64,000 nt of DNA, from assembly GCA_024137785.1 (NCBI GenBank), contig JAHRHZ010000025.1, positions 18,331,787 through 18,395,786 on the forward strand, read 5' to 3'. Positions 1-11,745 of the stretch are shown here, one piece after another; positions within the stretch are counted from its first letter, which is position 1; each line of letters starts with the position of its first letter. The notes below the pieces were generated by a model. It had not been told where the DNA came from and ran no database searches. It saw only the letters and a program-made list of their open reading frames with translations. Both the position numbers and the translations under genes were made by a program. This DNA is from Ginglymostoma cirratum (Eukaryota).

Positions 1-26
1 CAGCATCTGCAGTACCTTTTATCTCT
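1..26. mobile_element. End of Penelope-like pLTR repeat, same family as 15535-15709
   Basis: cagcatctgcagtaccttttatctct is the reverse complement of agagataaaaggtactgcagatgctg at about 15535-15560. Confidence 0.7.
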
Positions 27-1289
27 GTTTCAGTATGATATGTTACTCATGATAACACAACTCAGTCTACATCAATCACACACTGGCCAAAGCTCATGCT
101 CTGGAGAGTTTGATGTGCTCTTCAATGAGAATGTAACAAATCACATTGTAGTTTTGCCACTGACTGTATGATGATTTATGAGGTAAGATAAATGTCTGTA
201 ATAGCTGATTAAAAGCTGAACTTATACCACAAGAGAATTTTGCATGTGATCCATGCTAACATGATAATGTCTATGATTAGAAATAAATTAGTCTGTCCAA
301 GATTATTGACTGTGATTTTTGAAAGTCCTTGGAGGAGGATTTGGCTTAGATAAAAATATTTCAGACCAGCAGTTCTGAATGTTCTGAAATGCATTGTAAC
401 TATTTCATACATCAACAAATTCTGACCTCTAGGGCTGGATTTTAAGACATCTGGACTGAAGCACTGTCTCAGACAAAATCAGGAGAGTCCTTGTGAAGTG
501 TCTGATAATCTGGTGGTACCCTGTTCACATGGAAGACAAATTCCTGTAAAATATTCCATTTTAATACAAAATGGAGGTTATTTGACAGAGAAAATATGAC
601 GAGAATTCTTCTCTGAGTCACTAATTCTTCACTGGAATATTGTTCCATGTGTACTGAGTAACACCTAATGTTTTACATTTATGTTTGAGAACCAATAATA
701 AGACTAAATGGCAGCAGACGGGTAAGGACAAGAAGTTAAAGATAAGTGATCATGTGCTATTCCCATCTCGCAGGAGATCTATACATATGCGTTTTATTCA
801 TTGGTGGGATTTGAACATCATTGGTGTTGTAATATTGCACAGATCTCAGAAAGGCGTGACACCTTTATAACAAATGACATCACAACCTGTGACACACTAG
901 AATGAGGTCCCCACCTTATTCTCTGTGCAGACAGCCAGTCTGTTATCAGTCAGCAGATAAGCAGTCAGTGTGTTAGTCAGTGAATTAGTCCGCAATAAGC
1001 TATGTATGTAATATTATAGTAATTTAAATAAGCATAGCGCCCAGATTCAACAATCCCTCCAATTTGTTTACCGGCTGCATGGGCCTCTGAAGTCCATGTG
1101 CAGCAGCAACTTCGGCAACCAGAAGACAATGCCGCGAGTGGCAATGCTGTGCTTAGAATCTCAACGTGGCTGCGCAGGCTTAGAGGGAATGTTGCACAGA
1201 CTGTAAGTCTGATATGTCATGTTGGTCTGCAAATAGCTGTTGTTAATAAACTTTTGGATTTCTGTCTCAATAAGAACACAACTCTGCAG

Positions 1290-1945
1290 TTTATGTGATG
1301 TGGGGCTTCATTGCCCTTAAGAAGGTGATGGTCAACCACCTTCTTGGATGACTGCAGTCCACCTGATGTAGGTACAGTAACAGTGCTATTAGAGAGGGAA
1401 TTCTAGGCTTTGGACCAGCAAAGAAATGACAATATAGTTCCAAATTGAGATGGTGTGTGATTTGGAGGGGAGCATGCAAGTGGTGGTGTTCCTAAATATT
1501 TAATGCCCTTGTCCATCCTGATGGTAGCAATCATAAGTTACCGGGTGCTGTCTAAAGAAGTTTTAATGAGTTGCTGCTGTGCATCCTTTCGATGGTATAC
1601 TCACCTACTGTGTGTCACTGTGCATTGGTGGTGGAAGGAGGGAATGTTGAAAGTCTTAGATGGGGTTTTCCGTCCTAGATGGGGTTGAATTCTTGAGTGT
1701 TGTTGAAGCTGTAATAACCAGGCAAGTGGGGAGCATTCCAGACGCTAGACTTGCGACTTGTAGAGGATGGATAGGCTTTGGAGAGTTAGAAGATGAGTTA
1801 CCCACCACAGAATTCCCAGAATCTGACTTGCTCTTGTAGCCACTGTATTTACAGGCTCTTTCAGTCCAGTTTCTGATCAATTGTAACCCCATAATATTGA
1901 TGGTGGGAGATTTAGTAATGCTTATGACTAGTATTGTTTTCATTG
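1290..1945 (-). mobile_element. LINE 3' ORF2 fragment (L2/CR1-group family with a GGGCAATAAATGC-type tail)
   Basis: Reverse-complement similarity to 2535-2890 and 38300-38570; decayed YKxQV-S-xEySPLAW-like coding remnants. Confidence 0.65.
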
Positions 1946-1954
1946 GAAAGACGG

Positions 1955-2520
1955 TGGCTGAGAGGAGACCAGATAGAGGTTTACAAAATTATGAGAGGCA
2001 TCGATAGGGTGGATAGAGGATTTTTCCCAGGGTTGAAGTTTCAATTACAAGTGGGCACCGGTTCAAGGTGAGAGGGCAAAAGTTTAAGGGAAATATGCGA
2101 GGGAAGCTTTTCACACAGAGAGCCTGGAATGCAGTGCCAGAGGAGATGGTGGAAGCAGGCATGTTGGTGACATTTATAATAAAGTTTCTCTAAATTGTCA
2201 TATATATACCATTTTTTTATTTTTGCGTAATAAACTTATGTTCTTTTGTTAAAAGTACATAGGCAGCGTTATGTGAATATGTTCAGTGATTGACACCGAT
2301 GATATTCAAACTGCAATAATAGATGTCAAGCCAGGTTTCACACTGAGATCTATAATACATCTGGATCGTTACATGAATAAGGAGGGAATAGAAGGATACA
2401 GACCAAATACGGGCAGAAGGTTTGTTAGTTTAGTCAGAGCATGATGATTAGCACAGGCTAGGAGGGCCGAAGGGCCTATTCCTGTTCCATACTTCTCAAT
2501 TGTTCTCTATGTTCTTCTAT
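1955..2520 (+). mobile_element. CR1-type LINE 3' fragment, interrupted by a 179-bp insert
   Basis: ggctgagaggagacc..atagaggtttacaaaattatgagaggc...ttcacacagag...tggaatgc CR1 ORF2 end; continues after 2352 to gggccgaagggcct and a short tail. Confidence 0.8.
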
Positions 2521-2534
2521 CTTTTTGATTGACA

Positions 2535-2890
2535 TCCCATTCTCCCCACCACCGATGCTCAGTAGCAGCAGTTCATAAAATCTTATAAGATGCACTGCAA
2601 AAATTCACCAAAGATCCTCAGGCAGCACCTTCCAAGCCCATAGACACTTCCAGCTACAAGGGCAAGGATAGCAGATACATGGGAACACCACCATCTTCAA
2701 GTTCCACTCCAAGCCACTCACCAACCTGAGTTGAAAATATATCACTGTTCTTTCATTGTGGCTGGGCCAAAATCCTGGAATTCTCTCCCTGATGGTATTA
2801 TGGGTCAACCCATAGCAGCTCACCACTACCTTCTCAATGGCAACAAGGGATGGTCAGTGAAGCCCATGTTCCACAAACGAACAAAAAACA
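2535..2890 (+). mobile_element. LINE 3' fragment (same family as 1290-1945)
   Basis: agatgcactgc...gggaacaccaccat...aaatcctggaattctctccct...gcagctcaccactaccttctc. Confidence 0.7.
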
Positions 2891-3059
2891 GTGATAGGTT
2901 CTCTTGCAAGTACTTTCCAAAATAAGATGAGCCATTCTTCTCTGTTACCGCTGATGCCTGATGTCTGTTTCTTGCTGACTGACTGAGGGAATGATAAGAA
3001 TGTACTATTTTTAGTGCATATGGTCTTGGTATACATGCCCTGTTTTTGAACATGAAAAC

Positions 3060-4397
3060 TGTTATAATCCTATTTGATGGTAATACTGGACTAGACAGAT
3101 CTCAGTGCGAAACCTGGCTTGACGCCTATTATTGCAGTTTGAACATCATCGGTGTCAATCACTGAACATATTCACATAAGGTTCCCTATGTACTTTTAAC
3201 AAAAGAACACAAGTTTATTACACAAAAATTAAGAAATGGTATGTATATGACAACTTAGAGAAACTTTATTATAAAGAGCGAAAAAAGATTCAACTCCTTT
3301 CTCACCAATAATCTCGATAGTCATTCAACACTGTTGCAGTATAACTCCTCTTTTCACTCTTTAATTCCTTAAACAAATTGCTCTTTCCGGCCCTTCCCTT
3401 TGATTGCTTAAGCAGCTTTAAACTTCTTTTCAGCTCTGACAACTGAAAAACTTCTTTCCAGTTCAGATGGCCTCAATACTTCTTCCCAATTCTGGAGATT
3501 CTACAAACTTGTCCATCTGCTCAGATAATGATCTTCTGAACACAACTTACCAGTGGTCCTTGATCTTTTATCTCTGCGTCGTAAAACTCAGCCTTGTAAA
3601 CATTCAGCAATCAACCTCAGGTAGCTGATCAAGCCATTTCAATTAGGTCACATGTTTTCTTGGAAAAATTGTCCTTAATTCACTGCTTTAAAAAGCTTTC
3701 TGACCTCTGTTTGAGAAAGCTCAGGAAAGGTGTACAAAATGATCAGAGGTATAGATAGAGTAGACAGCCAAAGACTTTTTCCTTGGTGGAGGTAGCTATT
3801 ACAAGGGGGCATAGATTTAATGTTAGTGGAGGTAGATATAGGGGGGACGTCAGAGGTAGGTTCTTTACTCAGAGAATGGTCGGGGCATGGAATGCACTGC
3901 CGGAGACTGTAGTGGATATGACCTCATTAGGGGCATTTAAGCGGCTATTAGATAGGCATATGGATGATAGTATTAGGTAGGGGTGGAGGTTAGATAGACC
4001 TTAGGATTAGGGTAAAAGTTTGGTACCACATCGTGGACCGAAGGGCCTGTACTGTGCTGTACTGTCCTATGTTCTATGTTCTATGTTCTATGTTCTATGT
4101 TCTAAAGGTCATCTTAACAGAACTGAAAACTAAAATCTATTTTATCTTCAGTTTTGAATCCAATTCCCAAATAGTAATATACCAGAAACCTACATTCCAG
4201 CACATTAAGGATTTATTCTGTCAACCTCTTTAATCATCTTTAAAGCATTAACTTCAGATTTACTTTTGATGAAAATAAAGGTTACCTCCACAAATGAGGT
4301 ATGTATACTGTACACAGACATAACATTTTAAAATTGATGATATCCTTAAAATGAAATAATTCAAAAAGTCCAGAGGAACAGTACAGTGCTTATAATA
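3060..4397. mobile_element. Possible solo-LTR-like element hosting a CR1 insertion
   Basis: Starts TGTTATAA and ends TTATAATA (imperfect terminal inverted repeat); no target-site duplication found. Confidence 0.35.
3732..4103 (+). mobile_element. 5'-truncated CR1 LINE with (TTCTATG)n tail and AAAGGT target-site duplication
   Basis: ORF 3783..3980 TRGHRF...RGDVRGRFFTQRMVGAWNALP is the CR1 ORF2 C-terminus; heptamer tail at 4067-4104; aaaggt at 3726-3731 and 4104-4109. Confidence 0.9.
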
Positions 4398-5253
4398 TTG
4401 TATGGTTTGAAGATGCCTTGGATAAAACATTGAAAAACCAAAGTATCCTCTCAAATGAATGGGAAAGGTCACACTGCAACATTTCAAGCAATATTATTTG
4501 CAATATAAATCTCTCAAGCAAAAATAAAAACAGATTATCTAGTCATTATCACATTGTTGTTTCTGGAAACTTGCTATACACAAGTTGGCTGCCACATTTC
4601 TGACGAATGCAAAAGCAGTGCGATGGGACTTGCTTAGCAGTTGTTAATGTGCTTTAGGCTGCCCTGAGGTTATGAGAGGTGCTATAAATTTAGGCCTTTC
4701 TTCTTTCTCTGCAACACTTTCATGTCAATGTGTCTGGATTAAAACCCTGGTGGCCTTTGATCAGAAGTTAATCAAGATATAGGGTACCTGAAGGTCATAT
4801 CGTGGTCTCATTTCAGCAGTACTAATGGAATTGTGTTTCCCAAATCCTGTCAAGTTGAAAGAATTATGATAACTGTGGAAGTGCAAAAGTTATTGAGGTT
4901 CATTTCCTGAATCAGCAGCGGATATTTTTCTGCTACATTTATGCGTTAAAGTGGACTCTTCAACACTGTTTCTCAACAGCAGGACAGGCCCAGCAGTAGT
5001 GACAGCACAGCGGTATACAGTCAGAAGGGAGTTGTTTTGGGAGTTCTCAACATTACTTCTGGACTCTATGCATCTCATGACGTTAGGCCAAACGTGGGAA
5101 TGGAAAACTCTTGCTGGTTATTGCTCTCACCCCCTCTCACAAAATATAGAGTTGCACCTCCAAGAGGACCAAGATATGCTGTTTACAAACCCAATTGATA
5201 TTTGACAAAAAGGGAGCAGTTAATGGATGAATGGCATGATTTAGCACATATTG

Positions 5254-5740
5254 ATAGGTCAGTACTGCTCCATGTTGAACACCATTTGGAGAAAGTACTC
5301 ACAGTGGCAAGGGCACAGAATGTACTCTGGGTGAGGTACTTCAATGTCCATCACCAAGAGTAGCTCGGCAGCAGCACCACTGATTGAGCTGTTCAAGTTC
5401 TAATGGATGTAACAGCTATACTGCAGCAAGCAGTAAAGGAGCCAACAAGCAAGTAAAACATATTTGATCTCATCCTCACTAATCTGCCTGCCACCGATGC
5501 ATCTGTCCATGACAGTATCAATGAAAATGAGTACTGCACCATCCTTGTGCATACAAGGTCCCATCTTCACACTGTGAATACCCTACATCATGTTGTGTGG
5601 CACTCTGACTGTACCAAATGCAATAGACTTCAAACAGATCGAGCAATTCAAGGCTGAACACCTCCACTCTCCCAGGGGAAACTTGGAATGGGCAATAAAT
5701 GCTGACATGGACATGATGCTCACGTCCCAGGAATGAATAC
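5254..5740 (+). mobile_element. Internally deleted LINE: APE endonuclease remnant joined to the 3' tail
   Basis: Decayed GDFNVHH-like motif (tacttcaatgtccatcac) and LDLILTN-like motif (ttgatctcatcctcactaat), then gggcaataaatgctg...gaatgaata tail. Confidence 0.7.
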
Positions 5741-6029
5741 AAAATATAGAGTTGCACCTCCAAGAGGAAAAAGATACGTTGTTTACAAACCCAATTGGCA
5801 TTTGACAAAAAGGGAGCAGTTTATGGATGAATGGCAAGATTTAGCACACATTGGGAAGGACTGCTTACGACTAAAATGCACAAAGTGAAAGTGGTCAACA
5901 TGGAGTGCAACATCTGAGCAACAAGGAACACTGAAAACAATGCAGGGGAGGAAGGATAAGTTGGGTGAGACTGTACATCATTCAATACCAGGGATTTGGA
6001 CTCAATTCATTCCAGAGGGAGGTTAACTC

Positions 6030-6235
6030 CATTTATTCTAGGGGGAGCTGGGCTTCAATCTGGGGGTGGGCTCAAGTCAGTCTGGGGCTGTGCTTCAGTT
6101 AGTCCACAGGGAGCTGGGCTCCTATCAGTAGGGTGGGTGAGGTGGCAGTTGGAGCAGCTGAGCGCCAGTCAGGGCAGGGGGAGCTGAGCTCTAATTATTC
6201 TGGGGGTGGGAGCTGGGCTCCACTCAGTCCATCAC
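6030..6235. repeat. Degenerate G-rich minisatellite
   Basis: Recurrent GGGAGCTG(G/A)GCT and TCAGTC units near 6043, 6109, 6179 and 6208. Confidence 0.55.
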
Positions 6236-6329
6236 AGACCATCAGTGTTCTCAGCAGTTGGATGATGCTTGCTTCTCCACAGACAAGGAGGCAGTCCCAT
6301 TCCATTTGTCTTGAAGGTGACAGCAGCCA

Positions 6330-7060
6330 TCAATTTCTACACTGGCAACACCGCCGCAAAATCTCATAGTCATCTGCTCTTAAATGTATCCAGATATCTT
6401 TGATGCTCTGCTTGCTAAAGCTCATGAATTTATCAATTTCTTGTTAGATGCAGGCAGTCTGGCAGCCAAGCCTATGGGTTTTGCTGCCATTACAGGGTTT
6501 CCGCAGTTGCAGCTGGTCATCAGCCCAATCAGCAAACAGCTCAATACATAGATCGGAAAGGCTTCCACCTCCATCAGTGTGCATATTATCTGTGTCCACG
6601 GCAGCTGGATAATGCAGGTCTACACATGTTACAGAGTGAGCTGTCATAACATCTACTACATAGGACACTTGCAAGACCCTGTATCTTTTAGCCCTTTATC
6701 TAGGTACATACAGGGAAGGTGTTTGGCAAAGAGGCCTTGAACGTCCTCATACCCCAACTTACGACACATGCCAGGAGTCCACAGACTGACACCAAGCACA
6801 GGTACAGATTTCAACAAGGGCCATTGTAGAGCAGCACATAGGGCTCCTGAAATGAGACTCAGATGCCTGGACTGATCAGGCAATGCAATGCAGTGTACCC
6901 TGGCAGTGCTCTGTATCATTGTTGTTTGTTGTGCTCTCCACAACCCGACTTGACAGAAGGATGTCTTTGGACAAGATGAGATTGAACAGCAGGAGGTGTC
7001 CTCTGAGGAGGAAGGTGAAGCTGAGGATGCTGCCATCATGGCTATGATCCAATGAGCTAG
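6330..7060 (+). pseudogene. Decayed PIF/Harbinger DDE transposase
   Basis: Frameshifted motifs in the expected order: GF-AI-GFPQ (about 6476-6510), RKGFH-S (about 6555), MRLRCLD*SGNAMQ (6852-6893), IIVVCCALHN (6915-6944), then an acidic tail. Confidence 0.8.
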
Positions 7061-7214
7061 AGAGCCAAAAAGACATCTCCCTTCATGGGGACTGAATGAT
7101 ATGAACATGTTTCCTTTACTGTTCTGCCTATCATGGAGCAGGTTGCTGTGAGGCTGCTGCCTCAACATACGTCATTGACTAAGAAGTTTGAGGACTGAGC
7201 CTGAAGAATGGGAG

Positions 7215-8617
7215 TGGGAGGATCCTGCAATACGATTAGGGTTAGGGTCTATGTTGGAACCAACAACATAGACAAGAGTAGGCAAGAGGTCCTGTTCGGG
7301 GAATATCAGGAATTATGAACAAAATTAGTGCGTAAATGTGAGGTGATGCACTTGGGCAGCCACACAAGGCAAGGGAATACATGGTGAATGGTAGGACCTG
7401 GGGACGCACTGAGGATGAGAGGGACCTTGATGTAAATGTCCATCGGTCCATCAAGTTAGCGGGACAAATAGATAAAGTGGCTCAGAAAGCATATGAGTTG
7501 TTCGTCTATATTAGCTGAGGGATGGAGTTCAAGATGCTGGAACTGTATAAAATGTTAATTAGGCCACCACTTGAGTACTGTGTGCAGTTCTGGAATTCAC
7601 ATAATAGGAGGGATGTGATTGCACTGGAGAGGACATAAAGGATATTTATGTTGCTTGGGTTGGGGAGTTTTAGTTATGAACAGAGATTGGATAGACTGGG
7701 GTTGTTTCCCTTGGAGCAGAGGAGACTGAAGGAGGACATGATTGAGATGAATAAAATTATGTGGGACATACATAAGATAAACATCAACAGGGAAGGAAAG
7801 TTTCCCCCTTTAATGAAGGATTCAATGACTGGGCATTTAGATTTAAGGTATGGGCAGGAAGTTTAGAGGGGATGCGGGGAAAACTTTTCTCATTCAGAGG
7901 GTGGTAGGAATCTGGAACTCACTGACTGTAAGGGTGATGCAGACAGAAACCCTCATAACATTTAAGAAGTAAATAAATAAATAGTAAGTAAACCCTCATA
8001 ACATTTAAGGATATAATTAAACTGGAGAGGGTTCAAAAAAGATTTACCAGGATGTTGCTGGAAATGAAAGGTTTGAGGTATAAAAATAGACTGGAAGATG
8101 GGCCTGGTGACCTTACTGAGATTTATAAAATCATGAAGGGCAGAGAATGTCAAGGGTCTTTTCCCTACAGTAGGAGAGTTCAAAACTAGGGGGCATATTT
8201 TTAAGGTGAGAGGAGAAAAATTTAAAAAGGACATGAGGGGCAACCTTTTTACATAGAGAGTCGTTCATGTGTGGAATGAACTGCCAGAGGTAGTGTTGGA
8301 TACAGGTACAGTTACAACATTTAAAAGATATTTGGATATGTACATGGAAAGGAAAGGTTAAGAGGGATAGGGCCAAATGCAAGCAAGTGGGATTAGTTTA
8401 GTTTGGGAACGTGGTCAGTGTGGACTGGTTGGACGGAAGGGTCTGTTTCCGTACTGTATGACTGTATGACTATGACTTTATGCACTCATGACGCCAAGGC
8501 ATACAAGGCTGTGGCTCAAGTGCTGGAAAATGCGATTGGAATAGTAAGGTGGTTGTTTCTGGCCAGCACAAACTTGGTGGGTCTGTGCTGCAGTCCTTTA
8601 TGACTCTTATGACTCTA
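7215..8617 (+). mobile_element. CR1 3' fragment with a second CR1 fragment nested at about 8010-8478
   Basis: C-V-HLG, VRP-LEYCVQFW and SYEQRLDRLGLFPLEQRRL motifs; inner copy ends in a (CTGTATGA)-like tail; host resumes at about 8480 and ends with a TATGACTC tail. Confidence 0.85.
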
Positions 8618-8639
8618 ATTAAAGGGTCTCATGGATTAT

Positions 8640-11600
8640 AATCTTTTGTTTATTACCCGAGCCACATTCAAACTGGCATGGACATAAGAAAATTAGGGAA
8701 GTAAACACATGGCTTAGCGGTGATGGGAGGTCAAAGGGTTTCACTTTGTGGGCACAACATTAGTATCAGGTCAGGAAGATGCCATACGGTCAGGATGGGC
8801 TCCACTTGACCTGATCTGGGAGAAGTGTCTTAGTGGGAAGGGTAAATAGGATAGTCACATGAACTTGCAAATGGATGGGGGCTCAGGGAAGTCAATACAG
8901 TTTCAAAAGTAACGTGACAGAGAATAAAGAAACAGTTTGGAATCCTATTTCTGGTACAGCAGGGATTTGGGAAACTATAAGGAGTGCACTGATTAAACCA
9001 AAAGAGAGAAATAATAAACAGGTGAATAAAGCATCAGTGCTGAGGGACAGGTTCTAGTATATGGCCCACATAAAAGTTCTATATGCAAATACATGGAGTA
9101 TAAGGAATAAGTTAATTGAGCTGCAGGTACAAATTCAAATTGGAGGCTCTGATATAGTAGTATTCCTAAGATATGGCTGCAGGATGGTCAGGACTAGGAA
9201 CTAAATATACCAGGTTATGAGGTTTACAGGATGATCAGGAAAAATGGCAGAGGAGGTTGAGTAGCCTTACTGATTAGAAACGGAATTACTTCAATAGTGG
9301 TGAGAGAAAGTGTTACTCAAAGCCAGAGTAGCATTAATAGGGGATTTTAACTTGAACATAGTTTGGGAGAGGTGAACAAGCACTTATCAGAATGGTCGTG
9401 AATTTCTGAAGTATGTCTAGAATAGTTTCCTATACCAATATGTCCTGGATACAACAAGGGAACAAGAAATATTGGATTTAGCAAAGAGCAAGGTTTAATT
9501 AGTAACCTAATTGTGCATGAACATTTATCAAATAATGATCTGAATATGATCCATTTTACTGTAGCATTTCAAAGCAAAAAGCATGAATCAGTTTTAGATT
9601 TAGGTATGGCCAACATTAACGAGATGAAACAGAAACTCTCCACAGTAGACTGGGGAAATCCGCTAATGTGTAAAACAACTGAAGAACAGTGAAGGATGTT
9701 AAAGAAACGTTTAACACAACACAAAACCAGTTTATAACCCTGAGAGGAAAAAGGTCCACTTCATAGAAAAAAATAAGCTATGGACAACTAAGGAGATAAG
9801 TGACAGCATAAAACTAAAAGAAAGGGCTTTAAATAAATACAAGAATCAGCACAGATCCTGCTAAATGGGAAGGATACAAAGACCAGCAAAGAGCCACTAA
9901 GCAGCTTATAACAGCAATTAAAAGGGATTCTGAAAGGAAATTTACTAGAGACATCAAAATCCAAAAAAGAAATATTATAGTTATGTAAAGGGAAAGCAGG
10001 TGATCAGGATCAGTGTTGGCCCAGGAAAGGCTGAAAGTGGGGAGATTATCAATGACAATAGGGAAATGGCTCACATGTTGAATCATTACGTTGCCTGAGT
10101 ATTTATCATAGAAAAGGAGAATAGCTCGTCCGAAGTTCCATAGAAATTAATAGTAGATTGGGAACAAGGACTGAATAAAATTAACACAAGTAAAACATTG
10201 GTAAAGAGGAACTTAGTGGAATTAGAAGTAACAAATCCCCAGGATGTGACGGTTTCCAGCCAAGGGCTTTAAAGGAAGTTGGGGAGCACACTGCAGATGC
10301 CCTAAGTGTAATCTGTCAGGGTCCCCCAGATACAGGAGTCATCCCTCTGGACTGGAAAATTGCACATGTCACTCTGCATTTTCAGAAGGGTGAAAGAGGA
10401 ACACCAGGGAATTACAGACCAGTTACCCTAACATCTGTGGTGAAGGATTTGTTGGGAATCTATAATCAAAGATGGGGTAATGGGACACATTGAAAAATTT
10501 CAGTTTATCAGGGAGACTCAGAATGGATTCATGATACATAGGTTATGCCCAACAGATCTATTGAGTTTTTTGGAGAAGTGACTAAGGTAACAGAAAGGGA
10601 AATATCAATGGATGTTGTTTATATAGACTTCCAGAAGGTATTTGACAAAGTCCCATATAAGAGATTGTTAAATAAGATAGAAGCTCATGGAATTGAGGCT
10701 AAATTGCTGAAAGGGAATGGTAATTGTTGACTGGCAGGTGACAGAAAGCAGGGATAATCGGTAGGTGCTGAAACTAGTGGGATGTGACCAGTGGTGTCTC
10801 ACAAGGATCTGCTTGAGGGCCTCCATTACTGACATTATTTATTAATGTCTTGGATAATGGCATAGAACGTCATATATCCAAATTTGCTGATGACACAAAA
10901 CTGGGCAGCATTACTATAGATCATGCAGATGATAGCATAAAATTACAAAGGTATATTGATAGACCAAGTAAATAGGCAAAATTGTGACAGATGGAGTTCA
11001 GTGTAAGCATGTGTGAGGTTGTCCATTTTAGACCAAGAAAGGATAGATCAGGGCACTTTCTAGATGGTATGAGATTAATTACAGTGGATGTCCAAGGAGA
11101 TTTGGGGATTCAGGTGCTAGATCTTTAAAATGTCACGAACAGGTGCAGAAAATAATCAAGGAAGCGAACAGAATGCCAGCCTTTGCATCTACAGACTGGA
11201 GCACAAGGGTGTAGAAGTTATGCTGCAATTAAAACCCTGGTTAGACCCCATTTGGAGTACTGTCAGCAGATCTAGGCGTTATATCTTAGGAAGGATACAT
11301 TGGCCTTGGAGGGAGAACAACGTAAGTTTATAAGAATGATACCCGGACTTCAGAGATTACATTATAAGGAGAGATTACACAAATTAGGCCTACTTTCTCT
11401 AGAATTTAGAAGGTTAAGGGGTGATCTAATCAAAGTATTCAATATGTTAGCAGAAAATTACAGGGTAGATAGAGATAAACTATTTCCATTGCTTGGCGAT
11501 TCTAGGACTAGGGGAGCATAGACTGAGAATTAGGTCCAGAAGCACTCCTGCACATAAAGGTTGATAGATGTTTGGAACTCTCTTCCACAAACACTAGTGA

Positions 11601-11745
11601 ATACAGGATCAGTTGTTAATTTTAAATCTGAGATAGATAATTTTTTGTCAAGTTATTGAGAGATATATCATGTGGCCACAGATCAGCCATGATCTTATTG
11701 AATGGTGCAACAGGATAAAGGGGCCCATTCTTGTTCCTAAGTGTT
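8640..11745 (+). mobile_element. Near full-length degenerate CR1 LINE (ORF1 esterase end, ORF2 endonuclease and RT)
   Basis: DGLHL motif (about 8793), GDFN (about 9341), PGNYRPV-LTS (about 10404), MDVVYIDFQKVFDKVP, SKFADDTK (about 10877-10900), LHKLGLLSLEFRRLRGDLIKVF; many stops and frameshifts. Confidence 0.92.

Noticed and set aside
641-1278. Possible solo LTR (TGTTC...GAACA with AATAAA near 1245)
   Set aside because: Only a 5-bp terminal match, no TSD and no second copy; not supportable without a repeat library.
6656-7168. 170-aa minus-strand ORF
   Set aside because: Antisense shadow of the decayed Harbinger transposase; no recognisable domain or splice context.
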